DNA of 64,000 bases from Simkaniaceae bacterium (GCA_018062315.1 JAGOSM010000001.1:12529-76528), one strand, 5' to 3'; positions 8,954 to 19,210 are shown, numbered from the stretch's first letter. Made by a program: numbers and translations. Notes: a model not told the origin generated them from the letters alone.

Positions 8954-11637
8954 ATAACCTCGTATATCGCTGCAAATGGTTCTTTTAACTGACTCTTAAT
9001 AAAACACTCTTGACTTGTAAAGATATTCTTGAGCTGCATGGGGTAAGGAAGAAAGACAGAAGACTCCTCCTCATTCGAATAAAATCGTTTAGCTACTACA
9101 ACCACCGCTTTCTGCTTCCATTGCCTCATAAAGGCAATTCCCCCTGTCGTTTCAAGTGGGGTGTACTCTCCTTGAAGAAAAAGATCTTTATTAGCTTTCC
9201 GATAATTAAGCCCCTTTTCCATCATCCGGTACTTTTCATCAGGTGGCGCATGAAAATCGACAGGGCGTCTATTGTCAGGATCAACAAGTGAATAAGAAAA
9301 CCATTCCCTTCCTTGATATAGATCAAACACTCCTGGACTACCTAAACGTAGGACTAGAGCAGCAAGGGAATTGAGTTTACCTAACCGATCAATTTTTCGA
9401 TAAAAGGGGAGAAATTCTTCCATAAACAGCTTATTTTCCAAAATAGCTTTTAAAAAACTATCGACTTGTTCTTCATACTGTATATTGATCTCATCCCAAC
9501 TTGAATATTCTTTAGCTTCGCGAGCAGCTTTCTTCAAATACTCACTAAGGCGCCCCTTTAATTCTTCGTGCCTTGTCTCTTCATAGACAGAAAGGAGTGC
9601 CTGATAGATCAAGTATTCCATATTGGCATTCGGAGGTGCAAGGGGTTTATTGATTTCTTGCCAGCTAAAGACCTGCTCTTTCCATTCTTGAGCAAGCTCA
9701 CTCAGCACAACAAGCCTCATTCTCGCTTCTTCTGAACGTTTGGAGTCATGCGTATTTGAAGTGGTAAATCCAAAAGGAAATTGAGAGAGTAACCCCTGAT
9801 TAAAATCATGAAACTCATCAATACTCCAACCAAAGTTTCTAGGATCTCCACCCACTTCATTGAGAGCTAGAAGGCGGTTATAGGTGTAGCAAAAGGTATC
9901 TTCCATCCCTTTTGCCATAATCACAGGAGATATTTGCTGAAATCGAGATATAAAAGGATCCGCATCCACTTCATAAGTTCGATACACCTGCATTGAGGCA
10001 AGTTGAGTTATCAGATCCTCTAAAGTAAGCCCTGGACGCAACGATAAAAGATAGTCCAGCTCTCCTGAAAGGGAATGCAACCCAAACTGTTTTTTTGCAA
10101 GAAACAGCTGCTTATCTGGGTCGATATTTTTTCCTATAAATTGATGATAAAGCTCAGTCATTGCTTCTTTTTTTTCTTGATCAACAAAAATACCCGTCAC
10201 AGCATTGAGAAAATCATACCCTACTGTCCCATCGATAGGCCACTCTTCAGGAAGAACCTCTCCCTTAGCTAGAATTTTTTCAATCACAATATAAAGATAA
10301 GGAAATGCTGTTTTAATCCTTTGAAAAAGAGTACCCGGATCAAAGAAACCATCGGGATGATCAATTCTTATTCCAGTAATATGCCCATCTAGAATAAGTT
10401 CGAAAATAAAATGAAGGTAATCATCAAAAACTTCCTGAGTTTCAATGGAGACAGCGATTAAATCAACAATATCAAAAAACCGCCGGTAGTTGATCTTAGC
10501 AGCCGCTTCATGAAAATCTTCCAAAATAAAATGACGATCCAAAGGGAGAACTCTCCCATTTAAAACACAATTTGACCTTGTCCTTGTAATCAGCCCCTTA
10601 GCCTCTACCTTTTCTAAGGGCTCTTGTAAAATAGGCCAAACAATTTTCCCATTATATTTATCCCAATTAATGTCAAAATAACGGGCATATTTTGATTTAA
10701 TTCCTTGATCTAAAACACTTACCCACCAAGGATTTTCCTCACTTGCTGCCATATGATTAGCGACAAGATCAAAAAAATGACCCATCCGATATTTTTGAAG
10801 AGTTTGTGAAAAAAGGAGAAAGTCTTCTAAAGAACCTACTTCAGCGTTGAGGTGGTGAGGCTCTGTCACATCATAACCATGCTGACTTCCTCTTCTCGCT
10901 TGAAGATAGGGAGAACAATAAATTGCCTCTATCCCCATTTCATGGAGGTAGGGAATCAATGCTGTTGCCATTTTAAAAGTAAACCCTGCATGGAACTGGA
11001 ACCGATAAACAGCAGAGTACCCCTCATGTTGAGATAAGGAAAGAAGGGTCCTTGGATCATTTGTGATAATCCCATCTATGCCTCTACTAATCAGTAAGCG
11101 GGCCTCTTTTAAATGATCAACTGTCCAAGCCCATACTTCGCATCCTTTCTCATGTAAAGAGCGAATCACATCATAGGTTGCTTGGTCAGATCTAAGGGCA
11201 ACATAGGTAGGAAATTGGATACAGGCATCAAAAGAGTCCACAATTTCAATAAGAGGAAGCTCTGGCGCTTTTTCTTTAAGCTCACTTAAGACCCTTTGGT
11301 CAAAACTTCCGACTACAACCTGTTTTTCCTGAGTGAGTTGAATCACTTCTTGAATGAGAATAGGGTTGTAGGGCTTAATTTCTATCATCATCGGATAGTC
11401 GAGAGCTAAAATCTCCTCAAGAAGAGGAACCTGAAAAGCTCTCAATTCCTCAAGTTTCATTTCAGAAACAAGACGTCCTTCTATTTGGTCATCATGAATG
11501 ATGACAGGAAAATTGTCTTGAGACAGATGCACATCACATTCAAGAAAATCGACCCCAATGTCAATGGCCTGAATAAAAGAAGCGAGGGTATTTTCCGGTT
11601 TTTCTTTAGAAGCGCCCCGGTGCGCAATCCATTTCAT
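8950..11637 (-). CDS. treY: fusion protein: glycerophosphodiester phosphodiesterase (GDPD) domain plus maltooligosyl-trehalose synthase (TreY-like, GH13)
   Basis: N-terminus WIAHRGASKEKPENTLASF...FLECDVHLSQDNFPVIIHDD is a GDPD signature. From about residue 230, YRFQFHAGFTF...YCSPYLQARRGSQHGYDV...FDLVANHMA is TreY-like. Start placed at MKWIAHRG (ATG 11637). Confidence 0.8.
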   Translation of the reverse strand: MKWIAHRGASKEKPENTLASFIQAIDIGVDFLECDVHLSQDNFPVIIHDDQIEGRLVSEMKLEELRAFQVPLLEEILALDYPMMIEIKPYNPILIQEVIQLTQEKQVVVGSFDQRVLSELKEKAPELPLIEIVDSFDACIQFPTYVALRSDQATYDVIRSLHEKGCEVWAWTVDHLKEARLLISRGIDGIITNDPRTLLSLSQHEGYSAVYRFQFHAGFTFKMATALIPYLHEMGIEAIYCSPYLQARRGSQHGYDVTEPHHLNAEVGSLEDFLLFSQTLQKYRMGHFFDLVANHMAASEENPWWVSVLDQGIKSKYARYFDINWDKYNGKIVWPILQEPLEKVEAKGLITRTRSNCVLNGRVLPLDRHFILEDFHEAAAKINYRRFFDIVDLIAVSIETQEVFDDYLHFIFELILDGHITGIRIDHPDGFFDPGTLFQRIKTAFPYLYIVIEKILAKGEVLPEEWPIDGTVGYDFLNAVTGIFVDQEKKEAMTELYHQFIGKNIDPDKQLFLAKKQFGLHSLSGELDYLLSLRPGLTLEDLITQLASMQVYRTYEVDADPFISRFQQISPVIMAKGMEDTFCYTYNRLLALNEVGGDPRNFGWSIDEFHDFNQGLLSQFPFGFTTSNTHDSKRSEEARMRLVVLSELAQEWKEQVFSWQEINKPLAPPNANMEYLIYQALLSVYEETRHEELKGRLSEYLKKAAREAKEYSSWDEINIQYEEQVDSFLKAILENKLFMEEFLPFYRKIDRLGKLNSLAALVLRLGSPGVFDLYQGREWFSYSLVDPDNRRPVDFHAPPDEKYRMMEKGLNYRKANKDLFLQGEYTPLETTGGIAFMRQWKQKAVVVVAKRFYSNEEESSVFLPYPMQLKNIFTSQECFIKSQLKEPFAAIYEVI

Positions 11638-12703
11638 GCATTTCCTTCGATACCATAGGGGGAGACCTAAGAAGCTGCCGCTCTTTATTCCCCTTTTCAA
11701 TAGCAAAATCAATTAATTTGCGAATGAGAGAAGCATAACTTATGCCCGTTGCTGCCCACATTTTAGGATACATGCTAATCTCTGTAAAGCCTGGAATCGT
11801 ATTTACTTCGTTAATAAAGATCTCGTTCCCCCGCACAAAAAAATCCACACGGGCCATCCCTTCGCAGCAAAGGATTTGAAAAGCCCGGATAGCAAGACGT
11901 TGAATCTCCTCAGTTAGCTCTAAGGGCAAAGAGGCGGGAATTTCGAAGGTGGCTCCTTCGGGATCAATGTACTTCGCTTCATAAGAGTAAAATTCATGAG
12001 AAGAGGTAATGCGAGCTAATTGAGAGGCGCGGGGGTTTTGATTGCCGAGTACTCCACATTCGATTTCGATCCCATCGATAAACTCCTCGATAAGAACCTT
12101 GTGATCATAGAGGAATGCATTTTCGATGGCTTTTTTAAGCTCTTCTTTATTGCGTGCTTTTTCTACTCCAACAGAAGATCCTAAGTTGGCTGGTTTCACA
12201 AAAACAGGATATTGAAATGTCTCAAAATCCACCGAGGTCCCCTGCTGAATCGTCCAAAATTTAGGGATAGGGAGCCCTGCATCTCTTAAAAGGCGTTTAC
12301 TGACATCTTTATCCATGCAGATAGCAGATCCTAAAACAGAACTACCGACAAAGGGAACTTTGGCAAGTTTAAGCATCCCCTGTACAGAGCCATCTTCTCC
12401 AAGAGGTCCATGGAGAACAGGGAAAACCACATCCATCGTTTCATCAGAAATGGGAACTTGGGACAGGGGGAGGTCTGTAAAATGGGTCTCTAAACAAGGT
12501 CGATCAATTGTTCTAAAAATGTGAAGAGCTTCTTTAGGCTCGAAGAAAAACCACTCCCCCGTCTGAGAGATGCCAATGGGGTAAATATCGTACGTAGCAG
12601 GATCGAGTTCTTTAATAAGAGATTGAGCAGAGAGAAGTGAAACATCATGTTCAGACGATTCTCCCCCAAAGATGATCCCTAAGCGTATTTTTTTCCTACT
12701 CAC
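11606..12703 (-). CDS. ddl: D-alanine--D-alanine ligase
   Basis: IRLGIIFGGESSEHDVSLLSA, FPVLHGPLGEDGSVQG, ATP-grasp blocks and EVNTIPGFT are typical of Ddl. It is stand-alone, not fused to MurC. Confidence 0.9.
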   Translation of the reverse strand: MSRKKIRLGIIFGGESSEHDVSLLSAQSLIKELDPATYDIYPIGISQTGEWFFFEPKEALHIFRTIDRPCLETHFTDLPLSQVPISDETMDVVFPVLHGPLGEDGSVQGMLKLAKVPFVGSSVLGSAICMDKDVSKRLLRDAGLPIPKFWTIQQGTSVDFETFQYPVFVKPANLGSSVGVEKARNKEELKKAIENAFLYDHKVLIEEFIDGIEIECGVLGNQNPRASQLARITSSHEFYSYEAKYIDPEGATFEIPASLPLELTEEIQRLAIRAFQILCCEGMARVDFFVRGNEIFINEVNTIPGFTEISMYPKMWAATGISYASLIRKLIDFAIEKGNKERQLLRSPPMVSKEMHEMDCAPGRF

Positions 12704-12980
12704 AGCTGGCAGGATAGCTAAACTACTCTGCCTACGTCAACTGTTATATTCAGTTTTTAACTGACGGTTTAGTACAACATATATAGAGGGTTTGCCCTGT
12801 TGGAGTAGTTATCTTCTTCATTACCACTGATCCTTGGGTAGAAGTGGACACTGGAACTGGAGGATTTGAGGGTGTTACTGGTAACATAGGATACCTTCCG
12901 GGTTAAGTTTCTTCTATTGTACACCCTCCTTTGATTTTTTTGCTTGCTTCTATAGATTAAAATGGCTGAAAATATGCTTG

Positions 12981-13940
12981 ATGCGTCAACTTTTATATTC
13001 AAAAACATTAATTAGTTTTTTACGCACTCTGGAAAAACAAGCTAAAAGCTTTCTAGCTCATGTAGGGTATCCTTGCCGTATTACTCTAGTGGCATTTGAG
13101 CATCCCTCTAAGCTTGGGTATTTTGATCCCAATTACTTTGAGATTGGTTTGAATAAACTATTACTTTTTTCTCCTCAGGCAGAAGAAGTACTTAAACACG
13201 AGCTTGCCCACTTAATTTCCTATTTAAAAACAGGGAATCTCGATCATGGATCTCAGTTTAAACTGACCTGTCAGGATCTCGGCCTTTCTGAGGAGATGGG
13301 TAAAGCCACTTCTCACCTTAAACAGTATGAGAAGGTAGAAAAACTGTTTCGTCTTGCAGAAAAAGGGTCATTACATGAGGCAGAAAGTGCTCTTCTCAAA
13401 GCGCAAGAGCTGATTCACAAGTATCAACTCGAGACGCTTCCTTCTTCTGACGAAGAAGAATTCATCGTTTGTCGATCTCTCTCTGTTCCAAGAGGTTCTC
13501 CCAAGCTTAATGCGATTGCTACCATCTTACGGACTCTTGGGGTGTCTCCCGTGATGAACCATATCAAAAGTGGAGTAGTTCTTGAACTCTTTGGTTCTCC
13601 CCTTAATGTGACAATAGCAGATCATGCAGCCGCTTTTTTGTATTTGGAACTTGAGCATCTCTATGAAGAAGCGAAAGCAAAGTATCATCTTGAGGGGAAT
13701 GCCGGAAGAAATTCCTTCTTTCGGGGAGTGGCATCTGGATTTGTCAGTAAAATGACAAAAGAAAGGGGGCTGATGGTGGCACCCCCTGTAAGTATTGCTT
13801 ATCCACATCTTTCTCAAAGAAAAAGCCGAGTTATCGAGTGTCCTCAAGGGAAAAAAATAGGGCAGACCGTGGGGAAAAATCTTTCTCTGCGGAGCGGAGT
13901 TTCCACTTCATCACCAAAGCAGATCACCCATGCCCATTAG
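12981..13940 (+). CDS. SprT-like zinc-metalloprotease domain protein with DUF2786-like helical region
   Basis: HELAHLISY (HExxH) in the N-terminal domain. KVEKLFRLAEKGSLHEAESALLKAQELIHKY resembles DUF2786. ATG at 12981 (the track starts at TTG 12978). Confidence 0.65.
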   Translation: MRQLLYSKTLISFLRTLEKQAKSFLAHVGYPCRITLVAFEHPSKLGYFDPNYFEIGLNKLLLFSPQAEEVLKHELAHLISYLKTGNLDHGSQFKLTCQDLGLSEEMGKATSHLKQYEKVEKLFRLAEKGSLHEAESALLKAQELIHKYQLETLPSSDEEEFIVCRSLSVPRGSPKLNAIATILRTLGVSPVMNHIKSGVVLELFGSPLNVTIADHAAAFLYLELEHLYEEAKAKYHLEGNAGRNSFFRGVASGFVSKMTKERGLMVAPPVSIAYPHLSQRKSRVIECPQGKKIGQTVGKNLSLRSGVSTSSPKQITHAH

Positions 13941-14286
13941 CGATAAAAAGCAAGAAGCTCTTAAAGCTGAAATGGCACGGCTCGGGATTCAAGAGGCAGA
14001 TCTCGAAGAAAAGTTCATTTTAGGGTCAGGAAGTGGTGGGCAAAAAATCAATAAAAGCCACTCTGCAGTCTACCTAAAGCATCTTCCAACGCAAATTGAG
14101 GTCAAGTGCCAAAAAGACCGGTCTAGAGAAGCCAACCGTTTTTTTGCAAGACGAGCCCTTTGTGAGCAAATGCAAGGCCTTCGCAACGAAGTGACCAAAA
14201 AAGAGGTTGAACTCATGAAAATTCGGAAACAGAAAGAGAGACGCAAGAGGCGTGCCAAAAAAGACTCTACGGAAGAGGGTTCATAA
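13930..14286 (+). CDS. small class-I release-factor-domain protein (ArfB/YaeJ-like peptidyl-tRNA hydrolase)
   Basis: 118 aa with the GGQ motif (GSGSGGQKINK) and a basic C-terminal tail (KIRKQKERRKRRAKK). Confidence 0.8.
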   Translation: MPISDKKQEALKAEMARLGIQEADLEEKFILGSGSGGQKINKSHSAVYLKHLPTQIEVKCQKDRSREANRFFARRALCEQMQGLRNEVTKKEVELMKIRKQKERRKRRAKKDSTEEGS

Positions 14287-14301
14287 GGAAAAATTTAAAA
14301 T

Positions 14302-14409
14302 CGGTTACGCATACGGGAGCGGTTACGGTTACGGAAATGGAATGCTTCTACAATTCCAGAAACTTTCTACCTCATTCCGTAACCGTAACCGCTCCCGTAT
14401 GCGTAACCG
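14302..14409. repeat. perfect 35-bp inverted repeat with a 38-nt spacer, placed as a bidirectional terminator between convergent genes
   Basis: Left arm cggttacgcatacgggagcggttacggttacggaa (14302-14336). Right arm is its exact reverse complement (14375-14409). A nested tggaat/attcca hairpin lies in the spacer. Confidence 0.85.
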
Positions 14410-14424
14410 ATTTACTGAAACTCT

Positions 14425-15771
14425 TTATAAAAGAGCCTGACGAGCCGCGCTCCTAACAACTTCTGGAAGAGCCGGGTGAATATAGATCATCTCACGAAGA
14501 TCATCCACAGTCCCCCCCATATTCATATAAGCAATCAAAAGATGGATCATATTGGAAGCTTCTTCTCCAATAATATGCGCCGCAATAAGCTGCCGGCTTT
14601 CCCTCTCAAAGATGAGTTTTACAAACCCATACTCTGCACAAAGGGCCATCCCCATTCCACTTTTACTGTAAGGACTCATCCCCACTACATAATCGACTCC
14701 CTGTTTCTTGAGCTCTTCTTCAGTAGGACCTACTGCTGCAATCTGAGGACGGGTAAACACCGCATGTGGGACAGGACGATACACAATCGCCTCGTCTTGA
14801 GGCTGATCAAACAAAGTACGGAACAAATACTCTCCCTCAAAATTTGCACTGTGCCGAAAGAAATATCTCCCGATACAATCTCCAAAGGCCCAAACTCCAG
14901 GTTGAGTCGTTTTGAGATACTCATCTACAACAACATACCCCTGTTCATCTAAAGCAATCTTCGTTTTCTCAAGACCTAAAATATCTGTCCATGGCTTCAT
15001 CCCTGTCGCTACCAAAAGTGCATCCCCTTCCACTACCCCCTGATTGCATTTGAGATGAAATGAAGACCCGTCATATTTTACCTCTTCAGGAACCCAACCG
15101 ATATGGAGCGGGTAAGCAAAGTGACGCTCAAATTCTTCTCTAATTTGATTATCTTCATGTCGCAGCAGTTTTTCCCGAATGACAAAGTGGGTCTCTGTCC
15201 CAAGAGCCGCAAAAAAATACCCAAGCTCAAGAGCCACATAGCTCCCCCCCATCACAATCAATTTCTTGGGTTGTTTTTTAAGCCTTAGAGCTTCCATGTA
15301 GGTCATGTAAGGAGTTCCCTTTAACCCTGGCAACTGAGGGATCCGAGGCCTTGCCCCAACTGCAATAAAAATCTTATCAGCAGTGATTTCCTCCCCTAAA
15401 ACTCTCACCACCTTCTCCCCAATAAATCTCGCTTCTCCATGGTAGTAAGTAATGTTGGGATCTTTTTCGTACACAGGTTGAATATCTGCTGATTCTGCAT
15501 CAATGGTATCGCAAACACGGCTCACTAAAGCCTCAAAATCGACTGACATTTGTCCATCGAGGTGGATTTGAAATTTGCCCGCTTCTTGAATAGTACTTGC
15601 GACATCCGCCACATGAATCAACATCTTTGAAGGAATACACCCGTGATTAAGACACGTCCCTCCAAGCTTATCCATCTCAACGACAGCAACTTTTAACCCC
15701 TTTTTAGAAAGAGGCCTCACAAGTTTCGCTCCCCCACCAGATCCAATCACAAGCACATCAAATTTTTTCAT
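14425..15771 (-). CDS. pyridine nucleotide-disulfide oxidoreductase (dihydrolipoyl dehydrogenase / glutathione reductase family)
   Basis: FAD fold DVLVIGSGGGA and redox-active GGTCLNHGCIPSK. Start set at MKKFDV (ATG 15771) rather than the TTG at 15807. Confidence 0.85.
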   Translation of the reverse strand: MKKFDVLVIGSGGGAKLVRPLSKKGLKVAVVEMDKLGGTCLNHGCIPSKMLIHVADVASTIQEAGKFQIHLDGQMSVDFEALVSRVCDTIDAESADIQPVYEKDPNITYYHGEARFIGEKVVRVLGEEITADKIFIAVGARPRIPQLPGLKGTPYMTYMEALRLKKQPKKLIVMGGSYVALELGYFFAALGTETHFVIREKLLRHEDNQIREEFERHFAYPLHIGWVPEEVKYDGSSFHLKCNQGVVEGDALLVATGMKPWTDILGLEKTKIALDEQGYVVVDEYLKTTQPGVWAFGDCIGRYFFRHSANFEGEYLFRTLFDQPQDEAIVYRPVPHAVFTRPQIAAVGPTEEELKKQGVDYVVGMSPYSKSGMGMALCAEYGFVKLIFERESRQLIAAHIIGEEASNMIHLLIAYMNMGGTVDDLREMIYIHPALPEVVRSAARQALL

Positions 15772-15803
15772 CTTTAAAAGGATATCGCCTCCTCTTTCAT
15801 AAA

Positions 15804-16973
15804 TCAAGATATCCGTTGCACTGCTTTTTCAATCTCTGAAAGATGGTTAAATGCGCTGATCCGAATGTATTCCTCTCCAGCAGGGCCAAAGCCTGCACCA
15901 GGGGTCGTAATCAGTTGATACCTTTTGAGAAATTCTTCAAAAACATCCCATGACTTTCTTCCTGGAAAATGAACCCATAGATAAGGAGCGTTAACCCCTC
16001 CATATACCTTCAGCCCCTCCTTCTCAAAACACCTTTTGAGTAAGGCTGCATTATTGAGATAATAGCTAATGACCTGTTTTGTTTCAGTCCATCCCTTCTC
16101 ATCAAGGACAGCCTCCCCCCCTCTCTGAATAATATTGGAGGCTCCATTAAAAATGGTTGAAATCACACGGTCCCAATCCTTAGCAACAGAAGCCCCACAT
16201 TCATACTTCAACTCGTGAGGGACCACACTCCATCCAAGGCGCATCCCAGTAAACCCTGCAAGCTTTGAAAAAGAATTCAGCTCAATAGCAACAGACCTCG
16301 CTCCAGGAATTTCATAGATCGATTTTGGCAGGGTAGGATCTTGAATAAACTCTGCATAAGCTGCATCAAAAAGAAGGATCGCATGTTGCTGTTTGGCCAC
16401 CTCTACAAGTTCTTCTAACATCGCATGGGTTGCCACAGCCCCTGTCGGATTATTAGGGCTACAAAAATAGATCAAATCTACATGAGGCATCCCGTTTAGC
16501 TGAGGAAAAAAATGATTCTCCTTATCACATGGCAAGTAATGGATTTTTTTCACCCCATGCAAAAGAGAACCGTCTACATACACTGGATAAGCAGGATCCT
16601 GTACAGCGATTGAAACCTCCCCGCCAAAAAGAGCCTGCCACCTTCCTAAATCACATTTACACCCATCTGAAATGTAAATCTCATCGGGATGGATTTTCCC
16701 ATGATAAATTCTCTCACTAATTTTTGTTCTAAGTCCCTTCTCTCCTCTTTCATGACCGTAGCCACTATATCCTCCTCTGTCCCCCATCCGATGCGCTGCT
16801 TCTTCTAGTCCTTTAACAACATGGGGAGTCAAAGGGTGTGTCGTATCTCCAATGCCAAGGGAAATAAGTTCTACTTTCTCATGTTCTTTAACAAAAGCTT
16901 CCACCCTTCTCCTGATTTCAGGAAAAAGATATCCTGCGGAAAAAGCTTCAAAAGATTGGTTTCTTTTAGTCAT
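15804..16973 (-). CDS. dapL: LL-diaminopimelate aminotransferase
   Basis: YLFPEI, GIGDTT.PL, CSPNNPTG, NSFSK..GFTG.RLGW and APYLWV blocks match the chlamydial/plant DapL type. It sits inside the DAP operon. Confidence 0.85.
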   Translation of the reverse strand: MTKRNQSFEAFSAGYLFPEIRRRVEAFVKEHEKVELISLGIGDTTHPLTPHVVKGLEEAAHRMGDRGGYSGYGHERGEKGLRTKISERIYHGKIHPDEIYISDGCKCDLGRWQALFGGEVSIAVQDPAYPVYVDGSLLHGVKKIHYLPCDKENHFFPQLNGMPHVDLIYFCSPNNPTGAVATHAMLEELVEVAKQQHAILLFDAAYAEFIQDPTLPKSIYEIPGARSVAIELNSFSKLAGFTGMRLGWSVVPHELKYECGASVAKDWDRVISTIFNGASNIIQRGGEAVLDEKGWTETKQVISYYLNNAALLKRCFEKEGLKVYGGVNAPYLWVHFPGRKSWDVFEEFLKRYQLITTPGAGFGPAGEEYIRISAFNHLSEIEKAVQRIS

Positions 16974-18210
16974 CTACCATCCTCGTTTTTGCTACTAAAT
17001 CATCAAACGTTTCTCTCTCTCGAATGAGATAAGGAATCCCTTTTCTTATTAACACTTCTGCAGCTCTCGGACGGGTATTATATTGAGAACTCATACAAAA
17101 ACCATAAGCTCCCACAACCCCAATCGATAAAAGATCCCCTACCTTGATCTCTTTTGGTAAAAATCGACCTTGAGCAATCACATCTGTATTTTCACAAATC
17201 TGCCCAACAACATTCACCTGTTGATCATGGGGAAGGGTAAACTGATTGACATAATCAATGGGATGATATGCCTTATAAAGAGCAGGTCGTAATAAAGTAT
17301 TCATCCCTGCATCAATACCAATAAATGTCTTCTCTGCTCTTTTAATAGAAGCTACCCGAGTTAATAAAATTCCCGCATCTGCAACAAGATACCTCCCCGG
17401 TTCATGAAGAATGGTTGCTCCATTGAAGGGGCTTGCTTTAATTTTTTGCGTTACCCTTTCAGCCACTTCCTCAATATCAAGAGGTAAAACCCCTTTTTCA
17501 TAAGGAACCCCAAGAGATCCTCCAATATCAATAAATTCAAAAGAGATCTTGAGCTCCTTTGCAATCGGGATCATAATCATCAAAAGACGATCGACAATCG
17601 ACTCAAAATAGGCCACATCGAGGATATTAGAGCCTGTCATCATGTGAATCCCAAATCGCTTAGCCCCCTTCGCTTTCGCAAGGCGATAAGCCTCTTTAAT
17701 CTGGGATTCAGGAACTCCAAATTTCGCATCAGGCCCTGCAAAAATAAGCCCCTCTTTACCACCCTGCCCTATCCCTGGATTGACTCGAAATGAGATGAAT
17801 TCAGGCATTTTATCAAGCCACTCAATCTGACTGATGTCTTCAAGGTTTAAAATCACGTTCAGCTCTGCAGCCCTTCTTAACTGCTCTTTTGTGCTATACA
17901 CCCCTGTAAAGAGAATTTTTTTAGGAGGCACTCCAGCAAGTTTAGCAAGGAGAATTTCTTCGATACAACTTGCGTCTGCCCCAGCACCTAAATCAGCTAA
18001 AGTTTTGACAATTGCTGGATTATTATTCGCTTTAATCGCATAAAAAATCTCAAAATGGGGATATCTTTCTCTGTAGGCCTGCATCAAACGGTGATAGTTA
18101 TCTTCAATCCGAGCTTGATCATACACATAAAGGGGAGTTCCAAATTGAGCAGCAAGCTCCTCTAGTGGATACCCTCCAAAACAGGTTTTATCTTTACTAT
18201 ACTCGAGCAT
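16966..18210 (-). CDS. lysA: diaminopimelate decarboxylase
   Basis: PLP fold-III decarboxylase blocks (YAIKANNNPAIV, GIHMMTGS, IDIGGSLGVPY, EPGRYLVA). Confidence 0.9.
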   Translation of the reverse strand: MLEYSKDKTCFGGYPLEELAAQFGTPLYVYDQARIEDNYHRLMQAYRERYPHFEIFYAIKANNNPAIVKTLADLGAGADASCIEEILLAKLAGVPPKKILFTGVYSTKEQLRRAAELNVILNLEDISQIEWLDKMPEFISFRVNPGIGQGGKEGLIFAGPDAKFGVPESQIKEAYRLAKAKGAKRFGIHMMTGSNILDVAYFESIVDRLLMIMIPIAKELKISFEFIDIGGSLGVPYEKGVLPLDIEEVAERVTQKIKASPFNGATILHEPGRYLVADAGILLTRVASIKRAEKTFIGIDAGMNTLLRPALYKAYHPIDYVNQFTLPHDQQVNVVGQICENTDVIAQGRFLPKEIKVGDLLSIGVVGAYGFCMSSQYNTRPRAAEVLIRKGIPYLIRERETFDDLVAKTRMVDD

Positions 18211-19210
18211 ATCCCTCCTTCATGATTAAATCGGCAATGGCTACTCCCCCTCCTGCAGCTCCTCTGATCACATTATGAGAGAGGGCTACGAAACGAAGAT
18301 CCATCACCTTGCACTCTCTAAGGCGTCCAACAGTCACTCCCATTCCTTTGTCTCGATCTCGATCAAGGCGTGGCTGTGGCCTATCAACCGCTTCTAAATA
18401 GGTCAGCATGGGTGTTTTTTGCCAAATTGCCAAGACATCCTCAAGAGACGGTTTTACCCTAAATTCAGCAGAGACACATGTCATATGTCCATCGAGGACA
18501 GGAACCCGATTGCAATGCGCTGAAATTTCTAGAGTTGGGTGGGAAATAATCCCCTTTTTACCAAGTGACCCAAAGATTTTAAGAGGTTCAATTTCGGATT
18601 TCTCCTCCTCCCCATCAATCCATGGAATGACATTATCTATCATATCTAAAGCAGAAATACCTGGGTATCCCGCTCCACTCAACGCCTGCAAAGTTGTCAC
18701 CATAATTTTCTTGAGCTCGAAGGCATGATGAAGAGGGGCTAAAGGAAGTAGCATCGACTGGATAGAACAGTTAGATTTAACGGCAATAAAGCCCCCCAAC
18801 TTAAAGCCCCGTTCTCTTTGTTGCATCGGGATTATTTCGAGATGGTGAGGATTAATTTCTGGAATAATCATGGGGACAAACGGATCTAAGCGGTGATATG
18901 AGGCATTCGAGATCACTCCTATCCCCCGTTGAGCAATTTTTTCTTCCCATTCTTTGGCAATATCACTTCCTACTGCAGAAAAAACAAGATCACATCTCTC
19001 GTCTAGTTCGTCAATTGTATGAACCGGCATCGAAGCAATTGCCTCAGGAATCTCTCCAGCGACCTTCCATTTTCCTTGAACGGCTTCCTTGTAAGTTTTT
19101 CCCTTTTTGGATGCAGAGAGAAAAACAATTTCGTATACAGGATGATGTGCAAGGAGCTGGATATACTGCTGCCCTACAAGACCTGTCGCTCCTAAAATTC
19201 CTACTTTCAT
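18197..19210 (-). CDS. asd: aspartate-semialdehyde dehydrogenase
   Basis: MKVGILGATGLVGQ NAD-binding fold, active-site SNCSIQ, and ALSGAGYPG. Confidence 0.9.
   Translation of the reverse strand: MKVGILGATGLVGQQYIQLLAHHPVYEIVFLSASKKGKTYKEAVQGKWKVAGEIPEAIASMPVHTIDELDERCDLVFSAVGSDIAKEWEEKIAQRGIGVISNASYHRLDPFVPMIIPEINPHHLEIIPMQQRERGFKLGGFIAVKSNCSIQSMLLPLAPLHHAFELKKIMVTTLQALSGAGYPGISALDMIDNVIPWIDGEEEKSEIEPLKIFGSLGKKGIISHPTLEISAHCNRVPVLDGHMTCVSAEFRVKPSLEDVLAIWQKTPMLTYLEAVDRPQPRLDRDRDKGMGVTVGRLRECKVMDLRFVALSHNVIRGAAGGGVAIADLIMKEGYARV

Noticed and set aside
12704-12977. 274-bp ORF-poor divergent spacer between ddl and the SprT-like gene, considered as a possible small RNA. The minus strand contains CCCGGAAGG, reminiscent of the SRP RNA helix 8.
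   Set aside because: I found only short local stems (AACTG/CAGTT, GAGGGTGT/ACACCCTC) and no convincing match to the SRP, 6S, tmRNA or RNase P consensus. A covariance-model scan would be needed. The 79-aa ORF 12769-13008 looks like low-complexity noise.
14252-14440. 62-aa ORF with a GYAYGSGYGYGNG and NRNRSRMRNR low-complexity sequence
   Set aside because: It is simply the translation of the two arms of the 35-bp perfect palindrome. It has no RBS and lies entirely in the convergent intergenic spacer.
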